Source of the DNA: a virus
Taxonomy: Duplodnaviria; Caudoviricetes
Virus record (IMG/VR): IMGVR_UViG_3300036987_000420
Coordinates: 9,577 to 73,576 of that record
Strand: one strand, 5' to 3'
DNA: 64,000 nucleotides
Within the stretch, counting starts at the first letter, position 1; every line of letters starts with the position of its first letter. Under the pieces are notes generated by a model. The model had not been told where the DNA came from and did not search any database. It was given only the letters and a program-made list of their open reading frames with translations. Position numbers and translations under genes: made by a program. Of the stretch, positions 10,038-18,228 are shown one piece after another.

Positions 10038-10258
10038 CAGGCCGCGACCTCCACCCGCACCACCTCCACCGTGCCGGGCAGCTCCCAGCCCTCGGCGGCG
10101 CGGTTCTCGAGGCACAGCGCGATGGCCTCGCGGATGCCGTCCAGCGCCTCCGCGCGGGTGCGGCCCTGCGAGACGCAGCCGGGGATGACGGGGCAGGTCG
10201 CGACGACCCAGCCGTCCTGGCCCGGGGTGAGGATCACGGGGAGCGACGTCGGCGTCAT
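10037..10258 (-). CDS. hicB: Short HicB-family antitoxin (no DNA-binding domain)
   Basis: DGWVVATCPVIPGCVSQGRTRAEAL...EAIALCL; GAGGAGG RBS. Confidence 0.92.
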   Translation of the reverse strand: MTPTSLPVILTPGQDGWVVATCPVIPGCVSQGRTRAEALDGIREAIALCLENRAAEGWELPGTVEVVRVEVAA

Positions 10259-10467
10259 GGGCACCTCCTCGACCGAGGATAGCGCCCGCACGGCACGGGC
10301 GCCAGGGGACGGTGCGGGCGGCAGCGCGCGGCGACGCGGCGCTCGACGCGCTTCGGGAGCGCCAGCAGGCGCGCGACCTCGGCGTCGGACAGCTCGGCCA
10401 CGCCCTCCTCCTCAGTCGCCCCGCCAGCCGCCCGGGCGCCGCAGGCAGGCGCCGCGCGCCCCGCAGA

Positions 10468-10965
10468 TCACGATCCGCGTCGCGTCCGCGTACCGGACCG
10501 CCGCCGCGCCGGCGGCTCCTCGAGGGCCGCGTCGTCCAGGTCCTCGTCCTCCGCCGGGTCCGACGCCGACGGCGCGGGCGGGGCAGGCTGCGCAGCCGGC
10601 GGAGAGGGGCGCGGCGAGGTGAGCGCCGCGGGCGGTGGCGGCGCGTCGGGACGATCCTGGGCGGAGAAGAGCAGCGCCTGGCGCAGCGACTCGGGCAGCG
10701 CCAGCACCCAACGGCCGACGTCGATCTCGTCTGTAGATGCGCGTCCCGGGCTGTCTGCGAGGCCGACGAGATAGTCCAGCGAGACGTCTAGTGCGCGGGC
10801 GAGTGAGACGGCGTTGGGGAGAGATGGACAGCTCTCGCCGTGTTCTATTTCCCAAAGGCTGGGCGGCTTTACACCCATCCGTCGGGCGATCTCGGCCTGC
10901 GGCACGTCATCACGTGCCTCGACGACCCGCTTGCTCAGGATGCGCTTGATCTCGTCCCTGTCCAC
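10468..10965 (-). CDS. CI-like XRE-HTH repressor, no S24 peptidase domain
   Basis: QAEIARRMGVKPPSLWEIEHG...LARALDVSLDYLVG; divergent from cro-like gene; start codon uncertain (GTG, apparently leaderless). Confidence 0.85.
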   Translation of the reverse strand: MDRDEIKRILSKRVVEARDDVPQAEIARRMGVKPPSLWEIEHGESCPSLPNAVSLARALDVSLDYLVGLADSPGRASTDEIDVGRWVLALPESLRQALLFSAQDRPDAPPPPAALTSPRPSPPAAQPAPPAPSASDPAEDEDLDDAALEEPPARRRSGTRTRRGS

Positions 10966-11005
10966 CCGGCCATCATGCAATCCAACGCCGCGATTTGTCA
11001 CGTGT

Positions 11006-11069
11006 ATTAGGCGCAGCCGCGAGGCCGCGCGACCTTGCTCTTGACGAATTAGGCGTTCCCTAATAGCAT
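11006..11069 (+). promoter_or_regulatory. PR promoter with OR operator
   Basis: TTGACG-N17-TAGCAT at 11041-11069; ATTAGG-N5-CCTAAT at 11048-11064; half-site at 11006. Confidence 0.88.
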
Positions 11070-11089
11070 GTCGTCCCGTGGAGGTCCCC

Positions 11090-11419
11090 ATGGAGCAGCA
11101 CCCTATCGCGCGCTGGCGCGCCCTCGCCCCGCCGGTCTCCCAGGCCGCGCTGGCGCGGGAGATCGGCATCGCGCAGCCGTCGCTCTGGTCGATCGAGCGG
11201 GGCGCGACGCAGCCCTCGGCCAACACCGTCCGCGCGCTGGTCGCGGCGACCGAGCGGCTGCGGCCGGGCCGCGGCCTGTCCGCCGGGCAGATCCTCGGCA
11301 CCGAGCTGTCTCCGTCCCCTCAGAGCGAGGAGGCATCGGCCGCGGCGAGCTCGCCGGCCGCGGCGAGCGCCCGCCCGGACCCTATCGAGGCCGCCGCGGC
11401 GGCCGAGGAAGCAGCCTGA
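11090..11419 (+). CDS. Cro-like XRE-HTH regulator
   Basis: SQAALAREIGIAQPSLWSIERG; first gene after PR; GGAGG RBS. Confidence 0.88.
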   Translation: MEQHPIARWRALAPPVSQAALAREIGIAQPSLWSIERGATQPSANTVRALVAATERLRPGRGLSAGQILGTELSPSPQSEEASAAASSPAAASARPDPIEAAAAAEEAA

Positions 11420-11420
11420 G

Positions 11421-11702
11421 ATGAGCACGACCAACGACCACGAGTTCAAGACCCTCAGCCCCGAGCACACCTTCTCCGACGCGTTCGTGGGGGCGCAGCG
11501 CCGCGAGATCGGCCCGCGCGCCGACACCTCCGTGGACGAACGCATGGATGCGCGCCTCGCCGCTCTCGGCGTCCGGATCGACCTGGTGCGCCAGACGAAG
11601 GCGCTGCTCCAGTTCCTCGGCAAGAACCGGTTGCGGATGGAGTTCCGCTTCGTCGTCGACGAAGGCTCTCGGCCTCAGTCGAGCGGGGAGAGCGGGTCGT
11701 AG
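11421..11702 (+). CDS. Hypothetical protein
   Basis: Starts 1 nt after cro stop; globular-looking composition. Confidence 0.65.
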   Translation: MSTTNDHEFKTLSPEHTFSDAFVGAQRREIGPRADTSVDERMDARLAALGVRIDLVRQTKALLQFLGKNRLRMEFRFVVDEGSRPQSSGESGS

Positions 11703-11731
11703 TCCTCCGGCTGCCCTGCTGCGCCAGGCGG

Positions 11732-11863
11732 CTAGATTCGCTGGAATGCCTCCTCGATGGAGGCGACGAGGTCCTTCGCATGCCGGGCGGCCTCCTCCTT
11801 CGTGGCCTTGCCGGTGGCGTACAGGATGACGGCCGCGAGGACGTCCAGTTGGCTCGAGGTCAT
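11732..11863 (-). CDS. Small counter-oriented helical protein (43 aa)
   Basis: GGAGGGG RBS within the hairpin element; MTSSQLDVLAAVILYATG... Confidence 0.6.
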   Translation of the reverse strand: MTSSQLDVLAAVILYATGKATKEEAARHAKDLVASIEEAFQRI

Positions 11864-11866
11864 GGT

Positions 11867-11919
11867 TCCCCTCCGTGGTGCGGTTGTTGGGTCGCACCGC
11901 GACGGTACCACGGAGGGGA
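11867..11919 (-). promoter_or_regulatory. 53-bp inverted-repeat promoter/RBS element (copy 2)
   Basis: 13-bp perfect stem TCCCCTCCGTGGT/ACCACGGAGGGGA, 27-nt loop; minus TG-G-TACCGT. Confidence 0.7.
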
Positions 11920-11967
11920 TCCTTCTTGGGATGCGGACCGACATGGCGGTCGAGGAGGATGCCTGAG

Positions 11968-12429
11968 ATGAACGAGCAGGTCGAACGTAGCCCGGGGCAG
12001 CCCGTGCCGGGCCGGTCACCGCGACGGTGGCACAACGTCCCGTACGCGAGACGCGTGCGCGACGATGAACCGGTAGGGAAGACGTACTTCGTCCTGCGGG
12101 ACAGGTACCCGCTCTTCCATCTATGGGTCGCGTACGGCCGTATCGAACGGCGCGTCGAGTCGCTACTTGCCGCTGCCTCGCGGCTCGTCGGCGTCGGTGA
12201 CCTTCCGGGCGAACGGTGGCTGTGGGCCCTGTCGGACCACCTGAGCTCCGCGCTGTACCAGTTTGCGGTGGAGGTTCGCCCTGGCTTCGGCGACCCGCGC
12301 CATGCCGGCGGGAAGGTCGAACTGCACGGCGCAGTGCGGGCAGGCGAGCAGGCCGGCGCCGACGTCCTCGGGACGGATCCTGACGGTCTCCCCGCACGCG
12401 GGGCACGGCTGTTCCAGGAACTCGAGTGA
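11968..12429 (+). CDS. Hypothetical protein (3' half antisense to zinc-ribbon gene)
   Basis: GAGGAGG RBS; aromatic-rich YFVLRDRYPLFHLWVAYGRIE segment, weakly WGR-like. Confidence 0.45.
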   Translation: MNEQVERSPGQPVPGRSPRRWHNVPYARRVRDDEPVGKTYFVLRDRYPLFHLWVAYGRIERRVESLLAAASRLVGVGDLPGERWLWALSDHLSSALYQFAVEVRPGFGDPRHAGGKVELHGAVRAGEQAGADVLGTDPDGLPARGARLFQELE

Positions 12430-12432
12430 CAT
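12163..12432 (-). CDS. Zinc-ribbon (MJ0042-like) small protein, paralogue 2
   Basis: CPACGETVRIRPEDVGAGLLACPHC; GGAAGGGG RBS. Confidence 0.75.
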   Translation of the reverse strand: MSLEFLEQPCPACGETVRIRPEDVGAGLLACPHCAVQFDLPAGMARVAEARANLHRKLVQRGAQVVRQGPQPPFARKVTDADEPRGSGK

Positions 12433-12439
12433 GGTCTGT

Positions 12440-12492
12440 CCCCTTCCGTGGTGTGGTTGCTGGTTGGCGCCGCGACTGTACCACGGAAGGGG
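12440..12492 (-). promoter_or_regulatory. 53-bp inverted-repeat promoter/RBS element (copy 3)
   Basis: 13-bp perfect stem CCCCTTCCGTGGT/ACCACGGAAGGGG, 27-nt loop 21/27 identical to copy 2; minus TG-G-TACAGT. Confidence 0.7.
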
Positions 12493-12513
12493 GCTTTCGG
12501 AAGGTGGGCTGAC

Positions 12514-12675
12514 GTGAACGGGTACACCGCGCTCTTCCTCGTGATCGCGCTCCTGACCGGCGGCTGGTCCGTCGCCGAGACGCTCCGGCGGCGGCGCCGT
12601 CGGACTCGCCCGGCGAACGTCCCGTCGGCGCAGCTTGCTGCCGTTCTCCGGGACCAGCAGGTCCGGCAGGCCTGA
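12514..12675 (+). CDS. Small single-pass membrane protein
   Basis: ALFLVIALLTGGW hydrophobic helix followed by poly-Arg. Confidence 0.6.
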   Translation: MNGYTALFLVIALLTGGWSVAETLRRRRRRTRPANVPSAQLAAVLRDQQVRQA

Positions 12676-12808
12676 ACGAACTCGCGGGCCCGGGCGCCGC
12701 CGGGGCTCGTCACAGCAGTGGACTCTGGGGCGGCAGGCACACCGCTCCACCTGGCACTGAGGTGCCCCGATGTTCACGGTCGACGCGCTGCGCTCGCTCG
12801 GGATCCGG

Positions 12809-13144
12809 TCAATCCGGACCCGGTTCTATCGGTCCATTGTCGCCGTCTTCGATCGCCTCGACATCCTGCTCGGTCGTCCCGACCAGCTGCAGCCCGGCGG
12901 ATGCCCGGGCGAGCGCCAGCATTTCGGCGCCGTAGCGGACCGACGGACCGCGCGCCACCTGACGTTCGAGGTGTTCGACGCGGTCCGCCGGTGTGACCCG
13001 GCGGCACCAGGGGCAGCGGACGCCATCCCCTACCTGAAGTTCGGCCTGCGACACCACGAAGGTTCGGCCGCAGCCGTCGGCGCAGCGCAGGTGGGCGCGG
13101 CGGTGAGTGCGCAGGGGCGGGCGCGGGTGGTCGGTCGAACCCAT
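12809..13144 (-). CDS. Zinc-ribbon small protein, paralogue 3
   Basis: CADGCGRTFVVSQAELQVGDGVRCPWC; AGGAG RBS. Confidence 0.65.
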   Translation of the reverse strand: MGSTDHPRPPLRTHRRAHLRCADGCGRTFVVSQAELQVGDGVRCPWCRRVTPADRVEHLERQVARGPSVRYGAEMLALARASAGLQLVGTTEQDVEAIEDGDNGPIEPGPD

Positions 13145-13271
13145 CGAGTGGCTCCTGCGCAACGCTCGTGTCGAACGTTCTGCGTGATTCTCGGTGCGTT
13201 GCTGCCGAGCATGCCAGGGAGCGCCGTGGACTTCACGCAGGATCGCAGCCGCCGGCTGCATGGAGCACAGC

Positions 13272-13811
13272 ATGCAGCCTGACGCCTCGCTGCCCGTGCT
13301 GCGCGAACTGCGCGGTCTCATCGACGATGCGCGACTCCGCGCCTGGTTGGAAGACGAGTTCGGGATCGACTCGGGTGGCGCGAGTCGCATCCTGCGCGCG
13401 GAGCGCGACGACGGGCAGGCGACACGTCCGACCGTCGGCCTCCTCGAGGCCGTGCTGCAACGGGCACTGGAAGACCGGGATGCGAACGGCCGGCGCTCCC
13501 GGATCGAGGCGTTGTTGTCGGCCCTGGTCGGCGGCCGGGCCGTCCGCCTTGCCACCGCCGGCCCAGCGGTGCCGCTCTCCGTCACGCCCACGCAGGTCCT
13601 CGACGCCGCGGCGGCGGGTGCCATGCCGCTCGCGACGGTCATCGACCGCGTGCGCCGGGCCGTCGCCGACGGCCGCATCGACACCAGCGAGCTGCGCGAC
13701 ATCCGGCAGGCAGCGGCGGCGCTCAAGGCCGCCGTCTGCCTCGTCGAGCAGACGGCCGAGGCCGCTGCACGGCAGGCCGGGCGCGAATCCAATCATCTGC
13801 GGAGGAGGTGA
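13272..13811 (+). CDS. CII-like phage regulatory protein
   Basis: Position after cro; C-terminal AVADGRIDTSELRDIRQA pattern typical of 186/P2 CII-like proteins. Confidence 0.55.
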   Translation: MQPDASLPVLRELRGLIDDARLRAWLEDEFGIDSGGASRILRAERDDGQATRPTVGLLEAVLQRALEDRDANGRRSRIEALLSALVGGRAVRLATAGPAVPLSVTPTQVLDAAAAGAMPLATVIDRVRRAVADGRIDTSELRDIRQAAAALKAAVCLVEQTAEAAARQAGRESNHLRRR

Positions 13812-13814
13812 ATC

Positions 13815-14753
13815 ATGCGTGATCTGGAAGACCTGACCGTCGAGGTGGGGCCCATCACCGTCGGCAAGCCCGACAAGGACGGGGCCGTGATGGTGACCCT
13901 CGCCGTCGAGGCGATCGTCATCCCCGAAAAGCTGGACGCTCTCGGCTACCCGCTGCCGTCGTTCGTCGGCGACGAAGGCCGGTGCGTCAAGAAGATCGTC
14001 ACCACGGGGGCGCTCGGCAAGGGCGGCACGGCCGGGGCGCACGTCACGTTCCGGGACGAGGCCGGTCACCCGGTCGAGCTCGACGCCGACGTCGCAGGCC
14101 TCGACTACGTGGTCAAGGAGGGCCTGCCGTACCTCGTCGCGAAGCTCCAGACGCGCCGCGACGTCGTGTGCCTCGACACGCTGGCCGCGCTCGTCGACCA
14201 GGCGGTCACCTTCGACCTCACGTGGCTCCAGCGCGAGCTCGACTTCGGGGGCGACATCGACCGCAACCGCAACAGCCGGAAGAAGGCGAAGCAGGGGAAG
14301 CTCGTCGCCATCTTCGGAAGCGGCAAGCGCGGCCCGCGCGACCCGGAGATCGAGACGCTGCTCGCCGACGCCGCGAAGCGCGAGCAGGCGACGCGCATCG
14401 TGTTCCGCCTCGCCGATCTGGCCGAGGACCCGGAGCGCGGCAAGGTTGCGCTCGGGGCCCTCTACGACGCCGTGCGCCGCGACCCGGACAACACCGCGCT
14501 TTCCGCGGCCCGCGACTTCCTTGCCGAGCAGCTCCGGCTGAAGGGCATCGTCGAGGCCGCGACCGTCCGCGGCAGGTCGTCGCGGCGCGCGGCGGCCGAC
14601 AAGGCCCGCGACCACCTCGTCGACCTCGGCACCCGCAACGGCGGGACGATGACGGTCGAGTTCAACGGCCAGTCGACGACGTTCACCGCAGAGGACGGAG
14701 ACGCCGCGCGGGCGCGCCTCGAGGACGTCGACCCCGTCGGCGGGGTGCAGTAG
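13815..14753 (+). CDS. Hypothetical protein
   Basis: GGAGG RBS, strong GC3 bias, operon-coupled. Confidence 0.8.
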   Translation: MRDLEDLTVEVGPITVGKPDKDGAVMVTLAVEAIVIPEKLDALGYPLPSFVGDEGRCVKKIVTTGALGKGGTAGAHVTFRDEAGHPVELDADVAGLDYVVKEGLPYLVAKLQTRRDVVCLDTLAALVDQAVTFDLTWLQRELDFGGDIDRNRNSRKKAKQGKLVAIFGSGKRGPRDPEIETLLADAAKREQATRIVFRLADLAEDPERGKVALGALYDAVRRDPDNTALSAARDFLAEQLRLKGIVEAATVRGRSSRRAAADKARDHLVDLGTRNGGTMTVEFNGQSTTFTAEDGDAARARLEDVDPVGGVQ

Positions 14754-14755
14754 CC

Positions 14756-16246
14756 GTGCGCCTGGTCGTCGACAGCGTCGTGCGTTTCCGCACGGCCGGC
14801 GCGCTGCCGGCGTTCCTCGGTGCGCTCCGGTCCGCGCTGACCTGGGACAACCCGGCGCACGCGAAGCTGGAGCGCCTCGGGAAGTCGACCTGGGACACGC
14901 CCCGCGAGGTCACCTGCTACGAGGAGCGCGACGGCGTCTGCCGCATCCCGCGCGGCGCCCTCGGAACGCTCCGCGATCTCGCGGCACGGCACCGCGTCCC
15001 GCTGCTCGTCGATGACCGGCGCGTCGTCCGGCCGCCGGTCCAGCTCGCCGCGGCTGGGACCCCCCGCGACTACCAGGCCGACGCCGCCGACGCGATGCTG
15101 GCGTGCGACGACGGCGTCGTCTGCATGCCGTGCGGCGGCGGCAAGACGCGCACCGCCGGGTGGGCGCTCGCCGCCCTGCGGCAGCCGACGCTCGTGCTCG
15201 TGCACACCCGTGACCTGGCCGAGCAGTGGTGCGACGTGGCCGGCGACGTCCTCGGCGTCGACCCCGGGCGGATCGGCTGCGGGCGGCGCCACGCCGGCGA
15301 CGGGCGCCTCACCGTCGCGACCGTGCAGACACTCGCGAAGATGGACGCGCCGGCGCTGTTCGACCTCGGTCGCAGTTTCGGTGTCGTCGTACTCGACGAG
15401 GCCCATCACGCTCCCGCGACCACGTTCTCGGGCGTGCTGTCGGCGCTGCCGGCCCGCTACCGCTTCGGGCTCACGGCCACGCCGGAGCGCGAGGACGGCC
15501 TCGAGCCGCTGCTCTACGCGACCATCGGCCCCATTCGCTACCGCATCGGCTACGGCGAGCTGCTGTCGCACGACCCGCCGTACCTCGTCCGTCCCGAGAT
15601 CCGCACCATCCGGACGGCGTTCCGCTACACCTGGGACCAGCGCGACGAGGAGGCGAAGGGCGACGCGCGGCGGGACTGGCACACGATGGCGACGGCCATC
15701 GTCGAGGATGCCCGCCGCAACGCGACCATCGTCGACCTGGTCGCCGAGGAGGCGCAGGCGGGGCACTGCGTGCTCGTGCTCTCCGGCCGCGTGCAGCACT
15801 GCGTCGACCTGCGGGATGCGCTGCGCGCCCGGGGCGTGCGCGCCGCCGAGCTGACCGGCGACGCGAAGCTCACCCCGGCGAAACGCCGTCGCGAGGTCCT
15901 CCAGGACTTCCGCGAGGGCCGACTCGACGTCGTCTGCTCGTCGACCGTCGCCGACGAGGGTCTCGACGTCCCGCGCATCGACCGGCTGGTACTCGCGTTC
16001 CCATCGAAGGCCGAGGGTCGGATTACACAGCGCATCGGACGTGCGATGAGACTGGCGCCCGGCAAGTCGGATGCCGTCGTGTACGACATTGCAGACCCAC
16101 TTGTTGAGTACATCGTGGACGACGGTCGCAAGACAGTCAACGTCTTGCGGAACCAACACACGAAGCGGATGCGGCTGTACCGCGCGCTGCTCGACGAGTG
16201 CGGCGTCGACGCGCGGCAGGGGCTGCTCGAGCTGGAGGCGGCGTGA
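14756..16246 (+). CDS. SF2 DEAD/DEAH (XPB-like) helicase
   Basis: RDYQ, MPCGGGKT, LDEAHH, GLTATPER, EGLDVP, QRIGRAMR. Confidence 0.93.
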   Translation: MRLVVDSVVRFRTAGALPAFLGALRSALTWDNPAHAKLERLGKSTWDTPREVTCYEERDGVCRIPRGALGTLRDLAARHRVPLLVDDRRVVRPPVQLAAAGTPRDYQADAADAMLACDDGVVCMPCGGGKTRTAGWALAALRQPTLVLVHTRDLAEQWCDVAGDVLGVDPGRIGCGRRHAGDGRLTVATVQTLAKMDAPALFDLGRSFGVVVLDEAHHAPATTFSGVLSALPARYRFGLTATPEREDGLEPLLYATIGPIRYRIGYGELLSHDPPYLVRPEIRTIRTAFRYTWDQRDEEAKGDARRDWHTMATAIVEDARRNATIVDLVAEEAQAGHCVLVLSGRVQHCVDLRDALRARGVRAAELTGDAKLTPAKRRREVLQDFREGRLDVVCSSTVADEGLDVPRIDRLVLAFPSKAEGRITQRIGRAMRLAPGKSDAVVYDIADPLVEYIVDDGRKTVNVLRNQHTKRMRLYRALLDECGVDARQGLLELEAA

Positions 16247-16950
16247 GGCGCGCGGCGGACAACGCGAAGGCGCGGTGGACGGATGTGTCCGCCGTTGTCT
16301 ACTCCGCGCACTCCGGGCTCACGCCGAACGCCCGGCAGCTTCTCGGCGCGCTGCATTGGCGCGCTGACGGGCGGACCGGCGTCGGACGGCGCAGCAACGA
16401 CCGCCTCGCCGAGGACTGCGGCTGGGGCGATCGGCGGACGGTTCAGCGCACCTGGCCCGAGTTGGAGGCCGCCGGCCTCGTCCGACGCGGCGATGCGCGC
16501 GTCGGCTCCCTGCCATACGAAATCGACCGGGACGCCGTTTCTGCGCTTGCGGAGCGGGTCCGCGCCGCCGAGGGTGTGACACCGAGTCGCAGTGCGACAG
16601 GGAGTCGCAGTGCGACACGGTGTCACGCAGGGGTGACACGGTGTCACCCCAGGTGTGACACCGTGTCGCACGATCCGGTGTTCTCTCCGGAGGATCTATC
16701 CGATCCCCCCCTGGGAGCCCCCCCCGCAAGCGGGGGGAGCGGCCCCCGGAAGGCTGCGCCTTCCTTCCCGGCCGGCCGGCCGGACGTTGCCCAGCCCGAG
16801 CGCCCTGCTCGCCACCGGCGGGGCCGTGCCGACGACGGCACAGACCAACGACTGCGCGAACTCGAGGAACAAGAGCCGGGCTCAACCGCGCGCGCCGTCG
16901 CCGCGGTGTTCCCGAACGGGTTGCGCGAACTGGCTGGAGGTGCGCCGTGA
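16243..16950 (+). CDS. Phage replication initiator (N-terminal wHTH, internal iterons)
   Basis: RSNDRLAEDCGWGDRRTVQRTWPELEAAGLVRR; repeat array mid-gene as in lambda O-type initiators. Confidence 0.75.
   Translation: MRRAADNAKARWTDVSAVVYSAHSGLTPNARQLLGALHWRADGRTGVGRRSNDRLAEDCGWGDRRTVQRTWPELEAAGLVRRGDARVGSLPYEIDRDAVSALAERVRAAEGVTPSRSATGSRSATRCHAGVTRCHPRCDTVSHDPVFSPEDLSDPPLGAPPASGGSGPRKAAPSFPAGRPDVAQPERPARHRRGRADDGTDQRLRELEEQEPGSTARAVAAVFPNGLRELAGGAP
16574..16671. repeat. Replication origin iterons (about 5 quasi-palindromic 18-20 bp units)
   Basis: GTG(T/C)GACA-N3-GTC(G/A)C units, e.g. GAGTCGCAGTGCGACA x2 and GTGACACGGTGTCAC. Confidence 0.75.
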
Positions 16951-17759
16951 CCGAGCAGGAGTTCGCCGCGGGTTGGAAGCTGCTGATGTCGAACCCGTGG
17001 CCGAAGGAGCCGCCACAGGGCGCCAAGGGGCTGTTCTTCGGCGCCGTCGCGCACCTGACCGCCGAGCAGTGGGGGCGGACGGTGCAGGCCGTGCTGCGGG
17101 CCTGCACGCACTTTCCGGCGATGGCCGAGCTGTTGAAGCACGTCCCGGGGGCGCCCGTCGGCAGCGCGACCGACGCTGAGTCCGCCTGGGAGCGCGTCTG
17201 TCGCAGCGCGCGCAGCGGGCCGCGCGGCCCCTACTCGCCGGCATCCGGCTCGCCGCCATCGGGTGCCGACCTCGACGAGCGCACGCTGGCCGCCGGCCGC
17301 AGCGTCGGCCTGCGGCGCATCGAGGCGGCGCTGTACGCGAACACCCCCGACGCCATCGGCTACGTCCGCCGCGACTTCCTCGCCGCCTGGGAGGCGCACC
17401 GAGACGCCGACCGCGCCGGCGTGCTGACCCCGTCGCAGGCCGACGTCCGCCGGCAGCTCGACGCGGCCCCGGAGCGGCTGGCCCTGCCGCCGGCGTTCAG
17501 CGACGCCGAGCGCGTGGCCAACGCGCGGCGCATCGCCGGCCTGCTCGGCGAGGCGCTCACCGACTCGCCGCCGTCGGCCCAGGACCCGCCCGACGTCGCC
17601 GGCCGCTACCAGCGTGCGCTCGACGGGGCCGACGAGGTGCCGGCCGAGGTGCGCGCCGCGGACAGCAGTCAGCAGCGCCTCGACCAGCGCGAGCGGTTCC
17701 GGCAGTGGCAGGCGGAGTTCGAAGCGCGGCAGGCCGCCGCGGACGGGAGGGCAGCGTGA
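16947..17759 (+). CDS. Helicase loader/inhibitor-like replication protein (G40P/P-like)
   Basis: Follows initiator; V...C.HFPAMAELL motif. Confidence 0.5.
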   Translation: MTEQEFAAGWKLLMSNPWPKEPPQGAKGLFFGAVAHLTAEQWGRTVQAVLRACTHFPAMAELLKHVPGAPVGSATDAESAWERVCRSARSGPRGPYSPASGSPPSGADLDERTLAAGRSVGLRRIEAALYANTPDAIGYVRRDFLAAWEAHRDADRAGVLTPSQADVRRQLDAAPERLALPPAFSDAERVANARRIAGLLGEALTDSPPSAQDPPDVAGRYQRALDGADEVPAEVRAADSSQQRLDQRERFRQWQAEFEARQAAADGRAA

Positions 17760-17995
17760 TGGCGCCCCGGGATGCCGACCACCCGAGCCGAGACCCTCGC
17801 GTCCTGCGCTGCGCCGCCGTGCGCCAGCCACGCGAGGCCGCGGCGCTGCTGCGGGCCGCCGCCCAGACGATGCGGGACCTCGGGCGCCCGGACCTCGAGG
17901 AGGCCGCCGTGCTCGTCGCGGCGAACGTCGAGCTGCTCACCAGCCAGGTCGCCCGCGAGCTGCGGGCCGCCGTTTTGGTCGGAGGCGATGCATGA
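17759..17995 (+). CDS. Hypothetical protein
   Basis: Translationally coupled, RBS. Confidence 0.6.
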   Translation: MAPRDADHPSRDPRVLRCAAVRQPREAAALLRAAAQTMRDLGRPDLEEAAVLVAANVELLTSQVARELRAAVLVGGDA

Positions 17996-18228
17996 GCGCC
18001 CGAACGGTCCAGAGCGCCCGTATCGTCCGCACGCCCGCCGGGCTCGCCTGGCAGCTCGGCGACGGCGCTGGCGGCAAGCTGCGGCGCGAGCTCGCTGTGC
18101 TGCTGCGGTTCCCGAAGGGCGGCGGGACGTACGCCTTGGCCAGCGTCCAGGCCGACCACTACCCCGAGGGCACGACGCTCGAGGTCGAGGGCCGCGGGCT
18201 CGTGCGGGACGAGCGAGGCGGGCGATGA
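17992..18228 (+). CDS. Hypothetical protein
   Basis: ATGA coupling. Confidence 0.6.
   Translation: MSARTVQSARIVRTPAGLAWQLGDGAGGKLRRELAVLLRFPKGGGTYALASVQADHYPEGTTLEVEGRGLVRDERGGR

Noticed and set aside
11400-11419. C-terminal AA degrons on Cro, HicB, helicase and others
   Set aside because: Explained by GGAGG-containing RBS/stop overlaps (E-A-A-stop) used for translational coupling.
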